Part shown: one piece after another, positions 48,739-58,734 of the stretch
Position numbering within the stretch: position 1 is the stretch's first letter
Layout of the letters: every line of letters starts with the position of its first letter
Origin: a bacterium
GTDB lineage: Bacteria; SZUA-182; DTGQ01; JAFGSM01
DNA: 58,734 bases
NCBI GenBank assembly: GCA_049472335.1
Contig: JBLIRO010000027.1
Location: forward strand, 1 to 58,734
Direction: 5' to 3'
Translations under genes and position numbers: made by a program
The notes under the pieces: model-generated
The model's database searches: none
What the model was told of the DNA's origin: nothing
What the model saw: only the letters and a program-made list of their open reading frames with translations

Positions 48739-51735
48739 ATGTTTTGTCAATATATTAAACAAAACTGTGTAAAATTCCTGATCAGCCTGATAGCCTTGGT
48801 CTATTTAGTATCTGTTCCTATAGTCGTTCAAGGGCTTATGCCTTCTGAAAAAAGGCAGAAGGCAAAAACCGTTGATAAAGATACTGCATCTGAGGGTTTT
48901 GTAACCCTGAATCCTGAAAAACTATTAAAAACGAATAACGCTTGGAAGGGATTCTTTGAAAAATATGGTTCCGAAGTAGATGTAATAGGAAGGTCTGATT
49001 CCGGTGATATTCACCGGATATTAAACGGAAATATCAAAATAGATTTACCAAGGGGATTTACGGGGGATACGGATATTAATAATGCATGCATTCTTTTCAT
49101 CCGTGAGAATCAAGAAATCTTTAATCTGAGCATTGACGAGGTAAAACACCAGAAATCTACTCATCGGGGGGGGATGTGGTTTGTGGATTTTGGGCAGGTT
49201 TACAGAGGCATTCCGGTATTCGGGAGCAAGATATCTTTTATCCTGTCAGAAAACGGACAGGTCCTGTCCATAACCATGAACCATTTTCCCGGGGTAGACC
49301 TGCTGCCCGAAGCGGGAGGATTTGAAGCAGAGACGGCAATCACCACGGCAAGGAATGATCTTGCGGCTTTTTTCCCTTCTTTGGATTTCGATCTTGTTAA
49401 AAAACAGCTAGTAGTATATCCGGTTCAGGATAACGGGATGATCCGTTTTGCATGGGCCTGGAATTTGGATTTCAAATATCCCAAGCCAATACAAAAATGG
49501 CAATATATCATCGATGCGGATACAGGGTTGATATTGTCCAAAAAGGACCTCGGCAGATATCTGATCTCCGGCCAGGTCAAGGGTCAGGTGCTTCCCAGGT
49601 ATTCCGGTGACAATCCTGTTGAAGTCAACCTGCCAAACCTAAATGTTATATGTCTGCGTGATAGTCCGCCCCTTATGTATCAGCCTTTGGATACCAATCC
49701 GGGCTGGCTTGGCACCAATCCCGCAGATCCTTATGCCTGGAATTATGGACAGCCAACCTCATATCCCCTGGGAGGAGCGGGTGGGCCGGGTCCGGAAAAG
49801 GCACATACAGGCAACAATTTTTACGGTTTTAGTTTAAATGGCTACTATCCCCTTAATATGTGGTCTCCTCAGTATCTCACTACACTTAATCCTATAAATT
49901 GTTCAGGCAAGAATGATATATACCTCAGATTCTGGAGATGGCTGGGCGTAGAGGGATCAGAGGCTGACAGCGCTTCGCTCGAGATCGCTGACGGCCCGAC
50001 ATCCACATGGTGGAAGATCTGGCAAAACCCGGAAGAGAATATATACGATGCAGGATGGAGACTTATTCTATATGATATATCCAAATGGGCTGACGGAAGA
50101 GAAAATATCTTCCTGCGATGGGGTATGGGGCCGACAAACGGTTACGTTAGCTACTGTGGCTGGAACATAGATGATATTGGGGTGTACACCAGCACAAAAG
50201 CGGTTACAAACAAGGAAGGGATTTTCGAATTCACTGGTGAGGCATCTAAAAATATTATCAATTCTTATCTTAACGGAAAATATTTTAAGGTCATTAATGA
50301 GGACGGGGCAAATGTGATCTTCACCAAGAGTGATGTTAATTCAGGGGCCACAGGTCAGGATCTATGTTTTACAAGGGTGACCGATTATGATGTAAGCACA
50401 AAGATGGGAACCATTAACACCCTGTCCGACATAGATGAGATCAATGTTTACTATCATGCAAACCGGCTGGTCAGTTATATACAGGAGATAGATCCTTATT
50501 TCTGGACGGAATCCGCAGATTATTTTCCCATTCCCATTACCATCCGTTATGACAAGGAATATACCAATTCCTTCTGGCTTGCAGGAGAGGGTGTCTTTTT
50601 TGGTGAAGGGGATATGCTTGAATACGGCAATTTTGCCCACTTCGCAGATATTATTTACCATGAATGTTCACATGCAGTTACGGATAGTATCTATGGCAAT
50701 CTGGATACTCTGAGCAGAAGCATAGCAGAAGGGGCATACGCGGCCATTGCCCGGTTTTCGGAATTTGATGCCATGCATGAGGCATTTTCCGATTATTGGG
50801 CGTGCACAATCACAAACGATTCAAAGATCGCGGATGGAGGATTCTGGATAGATCACGATTGTGTAAGAAATCTGGAAAATGACCTCAATTATATACAAAA
50901 TTACGGACTGGAACTTTACCAGAGCAGTCTGATACTTTCGGGAGCCATGTGGGATTTAAGACAGGCGTTACGGCAGGAGAATGGCGACGCGGGTATCCGG
51001 ATTGCGGATACGCTTTTCCATTTTGCCCGTTTGGCAACACCAACCACATATTTGGATTTTCTGGTGAATGTATTGATTGTGGATCAGGTGACATACGATA
51101 GCGCGAACAGGGAATCGATTAAGGAAACTTTCGGACAGAGAGGAATAAGCCAGGCGCCGTCACCGCCAAATTCTTTGATCGTAACCATACAGAATCAGGG
51201 CGCCAACTTACAGTGGAATCAAAGTGCGGATGCCATAGGCTATAATCTGTATTATGGGCCGACAAGAAGTATCAGACCTTTGATTGAAGGTGGGGATACA
51301 TCAGATGCCTTTTATATGCGGGATAGTGAAGGTGGAGACTCTTCTTCGGGTGACAGCACAGACAGAACGGAGGGCGGGGACAGGACAGAAGGCGGCGGCA
51401 TGGATGGAGGCGGAAGTTCATCATCTTCTTCATCAAATCAAACCTCTTCTACAACAACAAATCCCATCAGTACCCAGACAACTACATCTAAATTGGATGT
51501 AGGTAATACTACATATTATTTTCTGACCGGTCTTGATCCATCAGTGACTTATTCAGTCCAGGTTGCAGCTTACAATATTTATGGTGTTGAAAGCAACCCC
51601 TCTGAGGAGGCTATCATTCCTGGATCAGGCACTCAAATAACAGGAACAGATTCCGACCTGAATGCGGATTCTGATGCTGCGGGAGCAGAGGTCGTTCAGG
51701 GTGTAACATGTTTCATCTCATCTTGTCCAAAGTAG
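48739..51735 (+). CDS. Paralogous secreted thermolysin-like metallopeptidase with FN3 and CFI-box tail
   Basis: FGQVYRGIPVFG, IDADTGLI, DIIYHECSHA, AMHEAFSDY, GLDPSVTYSVQVAAYN, terminal CFISSCPK. Confidence 0.82.
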   Translation: MFCQYIKQNCVKFLISLIALVYLVSVPIVVQGLMPSEKRQKAKTVDKDTASEGFVTLNPEKLLKTNNAWKGFFEKYGSEVDVIGRSDSGDIHRILNGNIKIDLPRGFTGDTDINNACILFIRENQEIFNLSIDEVKHQKSTHRGGMWFVDFGQVYRGIPVFGSKISFILSENGQVLSITMNHFPGVDLLPEAGGFEAETAITTARNDLAAFFPSLDFDLVKKQLVVYPVQDNGMIRFAWAWNLDFKYPKPIQKWQYIIDADTGLILSKKDLGRYLISGQVKGQVLPRYSGDNPVEVNLPNLNVICLRDSPPLMYQPLDTNPGWLGTNPADPYAWNYGQPTSYPLGGAGGPGPEKAHTGNNFYGFSLNGYYPLNMWSPQYLTTLNPINCSGKNDIYLRFWRWLGVEGSEADSASLEIADGPTSTWWKIWQNPEENIYDAGWRLILYDISKWADGRENIFLRWGMGPTNGYVSYCGWNIDDIGVYTSTKAVTNKEGIFEFTGEASKNIINSYLNGKYFKVINEDGANVIFTKSDVNSGATGQDLCFTRVTDYDVSTKMGTINTLSDIDEINVYYHANRLVSYIQEIDPYFWTESADYFPIPITIRYDKEYTNSFWLAGEGVFFGEGDMLEYGNFAHFADIIYHECSHAVTDSIYGNLDTLSRSIAEGAYAAIARFSEFDAMHEAFSDYWACTITNDSKIADGGFWIDHDCVRNLENDLNYIQNYGLELYQSSLILSGAMWDLRQALRQENGDAGIRIADTLFHFARLATPTTYLDFLVNVLIVDQVTYDSANRESIKETFGQRGISQAPSPPNSLIVTIQNQGANLQWNQSADAIGYNLYYGPTRSIRPLIEGGDTSDAFYMRDSEGGDSSSGDSTDRTEGGDRTEGGGMDGGGSSSSSSSNQTSSTTTNPISTQTTTSKLDVGNTTYYFLTGLDPSVTYSVQVAAYNIYGVESNPSEEAIIPGSGTQITGTDSDLNADSDAAGAEVVQGVTCFISSCPK

Positions 51736-52478
51736 TAATAATAACCTGGTTCACATAGAATTTGCCTTATCCAAGGCGTAACATAATTTTATCTCATCAT
51801 GCAAAAATAGTGGATTCGTAAAAAGACATTTCGTCAATTAGGGGCATTTTGGGAAGTCACTAAAGTTTGCTTCGCTCGATAAGGGATTTAGTATTTAGGG
51901 GACGTTGTTTACTAAGTTTACTTATTATCTGAAATTCAATAAATTTTGTTAAAATAATTATCTAATTAATTATGCAATCTCTTTTTAAATCCTCAAAGCA
52001 TATGTATTTATGATCTTTCAATATTGAACGCTATCAGTCAAGTTAAATATAACTTGTTATATAAGAATATAGCTGAAAAAATAAAAAAAACATTAAATGA
52101 ATTAAAGGAATGAATTAAAGGAAAGATAAGATAATCGAATGCTAAATGTTTAATTTAATGACATTGATTTTAATTAAAATTGTCTAATTTTGTAAATATT
52201 TGTTATAATAAAAAAATATTTTCTGTATTTATAAAATTAATTTCATTCTTAAATAAAAACCTAATCGCAGGGGAAGTTATTTTTTTTAGCAAATTACAAG
52301 TAGATTTTTAATAAAAATACAGGATGAACAATTTGGCTTCATTAATTTTAAACACTTGAAACTTTAGTCACTTTAGGGACTTAACATGTTAATATGGTTT
52401 CAGTGATTATCCAAAGGCTTATCTTAAGATATAACTTAGGGTTATGCTTTAATATACAATAGGGAGTAAAATATATTT

Positions 52479-52958
52479 ATGTATAAAAGAATGGTCGCCA
52501 TAGAAGGTGAGGAAACCGGAAAAAACTGCAATATGAAAAAAAACAAACATGATTTTAAAAGAAGAATCGAGGATATGGGTAATGAGGAAATAAAAAGGCA
52601 ACAGGAAAAGGTCAAGAGATTGAAGATGCCCGAGATACGAACGATAGATTTTCTTTATGACGAAGGTGGAGAGGTAACATATGAATATGCTGAATTGACT
52701 GCTTTATGTCCCATGACGGGTATTCAGGATATCTATACGGTGAAAATTACCTTTGTACCGGAGAAAAAGATCCCTGAGTTGAAAAGCTTACGGGAATATT
52801 TTCTTGCATACAGGGACGTTCCCATACTTCATGAACATTTAGCGAACAAGATTTTTAAGGACTTTAATGGCGCCGTCAGGGCTAATAAAATAAAAATTCA
52901 ACTGAATGTGGCTATCAGAGGTGGCATTACTACAACAGTAGTAATTGAAAAGGGATAG
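52479..52958 (+). CDS. queF: 7-cyano-7-deazaguanine (preQ0) reductase, type 1
   Basis: ELTALCPMTGIQD, ELKSLREY, HE, RGGI motifs; true start may be downstream (~52575). Confidence 0.8.
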   Translation: MYKRMVAIEGEETGKNCNMKKNKHDFKRRIEDMGNEEIKRQQEKVKRLKMPEIRTIDFLYDEGGEVTYEYAELTALCPMTGIQDIYTVKITFVPEKKIPELKSLREYFLAYRDVPILHEHLANKIFKDFNGAVRANKIKIQLNVAIRGGITTTVVIEKG

Positions 52959-53116
52959 CCACGTTTTTCTACCATTTGAATTTTTTATAAAAAATCATTT
53001 CTAATGTCTTTGACAAATTTAACCATAAATAATATGATAAGGTATTCGAAAATATCGTCTAACTAGATAAAATGTCTGCAATTATAATTTTGGTCTTGGA
53101 TTCTTTTGACACTTGC

Positions 53117-53216
53117 AATATAGTTTAATGAGACAGAAACATATTAAAATTAAATTTTGTATACTTTTAATGCTTAAAATATAGTTTAATGAGACAAAAA
53201 CATATTAAAATTAAAT
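53117..53216 (+). repeat. 39-bp direct repeat pair upstream of lipoprotein gene
   Basis: AATATAGTTTAATGAGACA(G/A)AAACATATTAAAATTAAAT at 53117-53155 and 53178-53216. Confidence 0.85.
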
Positions 53217-53235
53217 AAGGTTGGGAGACAGGAGA

Positions 53236-53883
53236 ATGAGGAAGATATTATATCTAATAATTTGTTCTGTTTTTTTGATAAGTGGTTGCGGCTCATCAGG
53301 TGGTGGTGCTCAGTTTTTTGAGACGGTAATTATTACTGCTGATTGCGAAACAACCAGTCTCGATTCCGACATTATGGTATGGAAATTAGAGGATCCAAAT
53401 GATGGATTAAATGATCCGTGTGATATTAATGGAACATTCCCTGATACTGTTAATATAACTATAAATTCGGGACTTTATTCGCCTATTGACTCTGAAATAC
53501 CTTATAGCAGCGTTGAGATTGAGAATGTGCTCATAGATTACGAACCCGTTTCAAATACTCCATCTTTAGCATCCCGTTTTCTGGAACTTGGGCAGACTGT
53601 CGATCCAAACAATAGTATTATGTTAGAAATCCCCATAATGCACACCCAACAAAAAAGAGGTTTCCTGGAGAATCCTGTTTATTATGCTGAACTTATAGAC
53701 GGCATGGCTTTTTACACATATAATGTAATCCTGACCTTTAGAGTTGTGGAAATAGACTCGGATAAAAGTGGTGAAGTTAAAACCGGGTTGACCGTCATAC
53801 TTCACGATTTTACCTGTTCAGAAGTAGGAGGGCCTAACTGCGATGATAAATGCTATCATGACCCTGAAGCATTCCGGCCATAA
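53236..53883 (+). CDS. Hypothetical lipoprotein
   Basis: MRKILYLIICSVFLISGC lipobox, GGAG RBS. Confidence 0.75.
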   Translation: MRKILYLIICSVFLISGCGSSGGGAQFFETVIITADCETTSLDSDIMVWKLEDPNDGLNDPCDINGTFPDTVNITINSGLYSPIDSEIPYSSVEIENVLIDYEPVSNTPSLASRFLELGQTVDPNNSIMLEIPIMHTQQKRGFLENPVYYAELIDGMAFYTYNVILTFRVVEIDSDKSGEVKTGLTVILHDFTCSEVGGPNCDDKCYHDPEAFRP

Positions 53884-53922
53884 AGCCTTTTGAAGATGAA
53901 GGACTGTCCAAGGATTCTAAAG

Positions 53923-54687
53923 TCAACCGGAATTTTGGAATTTTTCCTTTATCGTTTTTATATCAATCATCACTTCTGTTTTTTTAGGTGTAATTATTGA
54001 ACATACCGTTTTCCCTATCACAAAGGAAATGGCCTTGTATTGGGCAAATTTCCTGAAAGTCCAGAAGAAGCAATCGTATTCAGACTTAACCTCCTTTACC
54101 TCGAAAACCTTAAAAGGTGTCATTAACCCGCATTTTAAAACCTTGGATAGCGACTCTTTTACAGTCCACAGAAGGGTAAGCTGGTTTGTTTCCGGAATTG
54201 GTAAGGATTGAATCAATTTAAATTCCTCTGGTGTGCATTGAGTCAGAATTACATCCCTTTTCCTGGGATCGATCTTTTCCAGATCGATGGCCATCGGATG
54301 TTCTTCCGGAAAGGCAATTGCCCCTCCGCAATGATCACAATGAGATATGCTGATCTGAACAACTTTACCTTTTGAATGTCGGACAATTGGGTGCTCAAAA
54401 ACACCATGATGAACGGAAATCTCCGTCATATCAGACTCTTGTAAGAACGCGGAAAGTGCTTGTTTTGCACAGAACCTTCCTAAGAGAAAACTTTTTTGCC
54501 GTCGTTCGAAACGCAGGGAATCAAAATAAGCAAGCTCTTTCGGATGCAAAAAAAGACTTCTTTTTTCTTTTAGATTCAGGAAAGAAAGATCGGATAAACA
54601 AAGGCAGCATTCAAAACAGGAATCAGGCCTCTTTAACTGAAGTTTTTCTATATAGGTGTTTGGAAATAAAGGATTTTTAATGTCCAT
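53923..54687 (-). CDS. 4'-phosphopantetheinyl transferase (Sfp-type)
   Basis: FLLGRFCAK, ISISHC, MAIDLE, LWTVKESLSK. Confidence 0.85.
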   Translation of the reverse strand: MDIKNPLFPNTYIEKLQLKRPDSCFECCLCLSDLSFLNLKEKRSLFLHPKELAYFDSLRFERRQKSFLLGRFCAKQALSAFLQESDMTEISVHHGVFEHPIVRHSKGKVVQISISHCDHCGGAIAFPEEHPMAIDLEKIDPRKRDVILTQCTPEEFKLIQSLPIPETNQLTLLWTVKESLSKVLKCGLMTPFKVFEVKEVKSEYDCFFWTFRKFAQYKAISFVIGKTVCSIITPKKTEVMIDIKTIKEKFQNSG

Positions 54688-54735
54688 TTATAATCCTTGA
54701 TTAAATCTGTTGATGGATGACTTTTTCATGTGAAC

Positions 54736-55518
54736 TTAACACAATTGATCTTTAAGGATTCTGTAAAATTCACCCCTGGCTTCCATTTCGTTCCAGGGGT
54801 AATGGCCGCAATTTTTAAGCAGGAAAAACTGGAAATCTTTTAGGATAAGGGAAAGGGGCTCTTGAACCCCTTCCGGAGGATGGGGGTCGTAGTCTCCATG
54901 TATAGCCACTACCGTGCATTGGACTTGTTTACCCATATCCAAAAGTTTTCCGCTCATCCGTAGCTCCTTAACCTCTTTCCAGACATTTTTATACGTATTG
55001 TATTGACATTCCAGTACCTCACTGTCCATAGACAAGGGATTATAGGAATCGGACTTTATAAAAAGCCTTCCCAGTACGGTCATGGGTATGTTTTTATCTT
55101 TAATTGCCGGATTATTAATAGCTTCCATCATGGAATGCGCTTCCATCCTTTCTGTTTTACTAAGACGGTTTAACCTGGTCTCAAGGATATTAGAAGAATA
55201 TTTTTCTTCATAGGCCCCGCTTCCAATAAGGATTATCTTGTTTGTAAATCCGGGATGGCGAGAGGAAAAAATAAGGCTGAGCATAGCCCCCCATGATGAG
55301 CCAATCAGTGTAAAGGGAGGCTCTCCGTTTTCCTCCAAGATTTCTTTCAACTCCCGGACTTGTCCTTCTAGAGATGTCACTTTTTGAAACGGCTCCAGAA
55401 CACCCCAATCAGCAGATAGCTCCCTGGCTACCGGGGCCATTTGGCCGGGCGCACCCGGCCCTCCATGTATGACAGCTATTTTGAACGGAGCTTTACCGTA
55501 TTTTCTGAGGCTTTCCAC
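54736..55518 (-). CDS. Alpha/beta fold hydrolase
   Basis: IHGGPG, GSSWGA nucleophile elbow, HGDYDPH, CGHYPW. Confidence 0.88.
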   Translation of the reverse strand: MESLRKYGKAPFKIAVIHGGPGAPGQMAPVARELSADWGVLEPFQKVTSLEGQVRELKEILEENGEPPFTLIGSSWGAMLSLIFSSRHPGFTNKIILIGSGAYEEKYSSNILETRLNRLSKTERMEAHSMMEAINNPAIKDKNIPMTVLGRLFIKSDSYNPLSMDSEVLECQYNTYKNVWKEVKELRMSGKLLDMGKQVQCTVVAIHGDYDPHPPEGVQEPLSLILKDFQFFLLKNCGHYPWNEMEARGEFYRILKDQLC

Positions 55519-55526
55519 AATGATTT

Positions 55527-55712
55527 TTATTCATCTATGTCCATATCCATCAGATCGCTTGCCAAATTTAAAAAAACACCTAATGAATCACATAAATTGC
55601 TTACTATTTGGCTGTATTTAATCTTTTCCTCTAATGTGTTGGCTTTTGACATAGCTTTTAAATCCTCAGTCAATTCTTTGAATAAACTATCCATAATTTT
55701 TTCCGGATCCAT
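55527..55712 (-). CDS. Small hypothetical protein
   Basis: AAGGAG RBS, 61-aa helical ORF adjacent to the hydrolase gene on the same strand. Confidence 0.6.
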   Translation of the reverse strand: MDPEKIMDSLFKELTEDLKAMSKANTLEEKIKYSQIVSNLCDSLGVFLNLASDLMDMDIDE

Positions 55713-56101
55713 GGGGTCTCCTTTTTATATCAATAATAATGAGTTTAGTTATCCGTTATTATTTTATTGAATTAATGATACGGTAACTGTTTGCAAAAGG
55801 CAAGGTCAAATCTGCGAAGTCTGTTTAAAGGAAGCTTTAAGGCCTTTAAAAATGCCCGGAGACAACAAAATGACTTTTTTATGAATCCACCACAAGCCTT
55901 AACTCAATGACATTGATTATTAATCATTTTATAGTTTGACTTCGAATAGGGTTCCATGGCATCATTATTTATAGAAGTAATGTGTTGGAATTGCTGAGAC
56001 AATAAAAATTTGCTTTGAAAAAGAAGCGCGGATTTTCCGGCAACTAGAATATTACAGAATTTGAAAAATATAATATGAAATATAAGATGTAAAGATAAAT
56101 C

Positions 56102-57532
56102 ATGACGCAAAAAACAGCTCATTCAAGGTCGAACCTTCGCTCGATCCCTTCGGTTGATAAGGTTCTGAATACATCCGAGATTAAGGGACTGCTTAATTAC
56201 TTCCCCAGGTGGCTTATTCTTATGATAATCAGGGATGTGCTGGATGAGATCCGAAAAGATGTCACGGATATGGAAGATCAACTTGATCAGGATACGGTGC
56301 TGAGAAAAACAGTAGGCCGGGTGATCCAACGTATTGATTCCATTCAGAAGACCAGCCTTAGGCGTGTCATAAATGGAACCGGGATCATCATCCATACCAA
56401 TCTTGGAAGGGCGCCTTTGCCGGACGAGGCCCTGGATCTGATCAAAGAGGTGGCAAAAGGATATTCAAATCTGGAATATGATCTTTCGGAGGGAAAGCGG
56501 GGGAAGAGGTTTGTTCATATTCAGGACCTTCTGCTGCGTCTGACAGGCGCCCGTGAAGCATTTGCAGTAAATAACAATGCCGGCGCCATGCTTCTTGCAT
56601 TGAACAGCCTGGCTGAGGGTAGGGAGGTGATTGTTTCCAGGGGGGAATTGGTGGAGATTGGTGGCTCGTTTCGTATCCCGGACGTGATGAGAAAAAGCGG
56701 AGCTGTAATGAGAGAGGTCGGAACTACAAACAGAACTCACCTTTCTGATTATGACAGAGCTATCACGAATCATACAGCCCTTCTTTTAAAGGTCCATACG
56801 AGTAATTACAGAATCATGGGATTTTCCGCGGAAGTCTCTTTACAGGATTTGGTTGAATTAGGAAGAAGGCATGACATACCTGTAATGATAGATCTGGGAA
56901 GCGGAAATCTTTCGGACCTTTCAACCTTTGGCTTAAAGGGCGAGCCTACCATTCAACAAATCCTGTCAACAGGCGTAGACGTGGTAACCTTTAGTGGGGA
57001 TAAGCTCCTCGGTGGTCCGCAGGCGGGCATCATTCTGACACAAGGGCATGTTGCCATGGGACCTGTAAAGTCAAATCCTCTCGCCAGAGCGCTGAGGATA
57101 GATAAATTGACCCTGGCTGCCCTGGAGGCGATACTTCTTCTTTATCAGAAAAACGATTATATATCTTCCATTCCTGTGTTAAAGATGATGAACCTCACCT
57201 TTGACGAGGTAAAATCGCGTGCGAAGGCATGCTTGGCCGCCCTTGAGGAAGTCAACAGGGGATTGATGAAACTAAGTATCCTGGAAGATGTTTCAAATGC
57301 GGGTGGGGGCGCGCTCCCCGGGGAGTCTATACCTACCTGTGTTATAGGATTTGAAAAAGGAAGGATCTCCGTAGATGCCCTTGATGAGGCTTTTCGCAGG
57401 TCTTCTCCCTCAGTTGTAGGGAGGATCCAGGACGGCGCCTATAAGTTGGATCTCCGGACCATAGGGGAGGAAGAAGTTTCCATTCTTGTAAGATTATATG
57501 AACAGATTGTTAATGAATTATTAATTAAATGA
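56102..57532 (+). CDS. selA: L-seryl-tRNA(Sec) selenium transferase
   Basis: VINGTGIIIHTNLGRAP, SRGELVEIGGSFRIP, EVGTTNRTH, FSGDKLLGGPQAG. Confidence 0.97.
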   Translation: MTQKTAHSRSNLRSIPSVDKVLNTSEIKGLLNYFPRWLILMIIRDVLDEIRKDVTDMEDQLDQDTVLRKTVGRVIQRIDSIQKTSLRRVINGTGIIIHTNLGRAPLPDEALDLIKEVAKGYSNLEYDLSEGKRGKRFVHIQDLLLRLTGAREAFAVNNNAGAMLLALNSLAEGREVIVSRGELVEIGGSFRIPDVMRKSGAVMREVGTTNRTHLSDYDRAITNHTALLLKVHTSNYRIMGFSAEVSLQDLVELGRRHDIPVMIDLGSGNLSDLSTFGLKGEPTIQQILSTGVDVVTFSGDKLLGGPQAGIILTQGHVAMGPVKSNPLARALRIDKLTLAALEAILLLYQKNDYISSIPVLKMMNLTFDEVKSRAKACLAALEEVNRGLMKLSILEDVSNAGGGALPGESIPTCVIGFEKGRISVDALDEAFRRSSPSVVGRIQDGAYKLDLRTIGEEEVSILVRLYEQIVNELLIK

Positions 57533-57614
57533 TATCCTCAGCTTAAAGGGATTTATATTTTTTATTGGACATTTAAGAGTTCAGTCATTCAGGAATTTAA
57601 TAAGGTCATAGTTT

Positions 57615-58734
57615 ATGAAACACATAATACTGGGTACAGCGGGACATATAGATCATGGAAAGACAACGCTTATCAAGGCGCTCACAGGTGTGGACTGTGA
57701 CAGGCTCAAGGAGGAGAAGGCCAGGGGGATAACCATTGAGCTGGGTTTCACCTATCTTGATCTTTCGGACGGGATACGTATTGGGATTATAGATGTCCCA
57801 GGCCATGAAAAGTTTGTGCACCATATGGTAGCCGGTGTCGTGGGTATGGATCTCGTGCTGCTGGTCATTGCAGCGGATGAGGGTATTATGCCCCAGACAA
57901 GAGAGCATCTTGACATATGCCGTCTTCTAGGAGTCAAAAAGGGCCTGATAGCCATTACCAAGTCGGACCTTGTGGAGCAGGACTGGCTTGATCTTGTCAT
58001 GGAGGAGGTTGAAGATTTTTTTAATGGCACATTCTTCAGCCAGGGGCCCATAATCCCTGTATCATCCATAACAGGAAAGGGCCTGGATGAATTGAAAGAG
58101 GCCATAATTAACATGGTTAAGGACCTTCCGGAACATACCGGAGAAGGTGCTTTTCGTTTGCCTGTGGACAGGGTATTCACCATGAAGGGTTTTGGTACAG
58201 TTATAACCGGTACACTGCTATCAGGCGAGGTAAGGACCGGGGATACGGTGGAGGTGCTGCCTCAGCAGATAAAGGCCCGGGTCAGGGGCCTTCAGGTTCA
58301 CAATGAAAATGTAGAAGTTGCCATGGCAGGCCAAAGAACGGCCATCAACCTCCAAGGGGTGGAAAGGGAGATTATAAAAAGGGGTGATTTACTATGTCAG
58401 CCTGGCCTTATGGATCCGGAGTATCTCCTTGATGCTAAGATTACCCTGCTCGAGAGTGTGCCCGTTTTAAAGAACAGGACACGCATCCGTTTCCATACAG
58501 GCACAACGGAGATCTTTGGCAGGGTTATCCTCCTTGACAGGGAAGAACTGGAACCTGGGCAGACATGTCTTGTCCAGTTCAGGCTTGAAGAGAAGATTGC
58601 TGCGATGCCTCATGACAGATTTGTAATCCGGAGATATTCTCCCATAACGACCCTTGGGGGAGGGGAGATCATAGACAGCCATCCCCTTAAGCATAAGAGA
58701 TATAAGGAGGATATCCTGGAAGATCTGACCACGC
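57615..58734 (+). CDS. selB: Selenocysteine-specific elongation factor (runs off window end)
   Basis: Translated manually: MKHIILGTAGHIDHGKTTLIKALTGVDCDRLKEEKARGITIELGF...DVPGHEKFV; follows selA. Confidence 0.95.
   Translation, partial: MKHIILGTAGHIDHGKTTLIKALTGVDCDRLKEEKARGITIELGFTYLDLSDGIRIGIIDVPGHEKFVHHMVAGVVGMDLVLLVIAADEGIMPQTREHLDICRLLGVKKGLIAITKSDLVEQDWLDLVMEEVEDFFNGTFFSQGPIIPVSSITGKGLDELKEAIINMVKDLPEHTGEGAFRLPVDRVFTMKGFGTVITGTLLSGEVRTGDTVEVLPQQIKARVRGLQVHNENVEVAMAGQRTAINLQGVEREIIKRGDLLCQPGLMDPEYLLDAKITLLESVPVLKNRTRIRFHTGTTEIFGRVILLDREELEPGQTCLVQFRLEEKIAAMPHDRFVIRRYSPITTLGGGEIIDSHPLKHKRYKEDILEDLTT

Noticed and set aside
53117..53216. Two-repeat mini-CRISPR
   Set aside because: Only two AT-rich non-palindromic copies, short spacer, no cas genes.

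Overview
Bacterial chromosomal window. The gene content (xerC-hslVU-arg-lys-dap order, CFI-box C-termini, sigma-54 systems, selAB) suggests a Desulfobacterota-like anaerobe, though this is inference. It opens with the 3' end of an rRNA operon (23S fragment, 5S) and a housekeeping run (xerC, hslVU, argBDFGH, lysA, dapFAB, FAH-family and MetE-like genes). From ~15.3 kb to ~36 kb is an accessory island with three parts. (i) An AbiEi/AbiEii toxin-antitoxin pair. (ii) A complete diversity-generating retroelement (HRDC accessory gene, RT, 132-bp TR) with two target genes, a KAP-NTPase and an Mrr-like/NACHT NTPase, each ending in an FGE-sulfatase/C-type-lectin domain with an adenine-mutagenised VR. 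The sequence just 3' of TR is the reverse complement of the sequence just 3' of both VRs. (iii) A RiPP cluster: three multicore precursors (11 TTxY[G/A]IxEE cores), three ATP-grasp-like genes, a splicease-like radical SAM, a second SPASM radical SAM, an acyltransferase, a CPBP protease and an ABC exporter, i.e. a candidate graspetide/spliceotide hybrid. The right half holds a porin, a broken diheme protein gene, a TOBE protein, a decayed MNT-HEPN pair and a sigma-54 two-component system flanked by two near-identical sigma-54 promoter/enhancer modules, each preceding an unannotated small membrane peptide. It ends with two large secreted metallopeptidases, queF, an orphan PPTase, selA and the start of selB.
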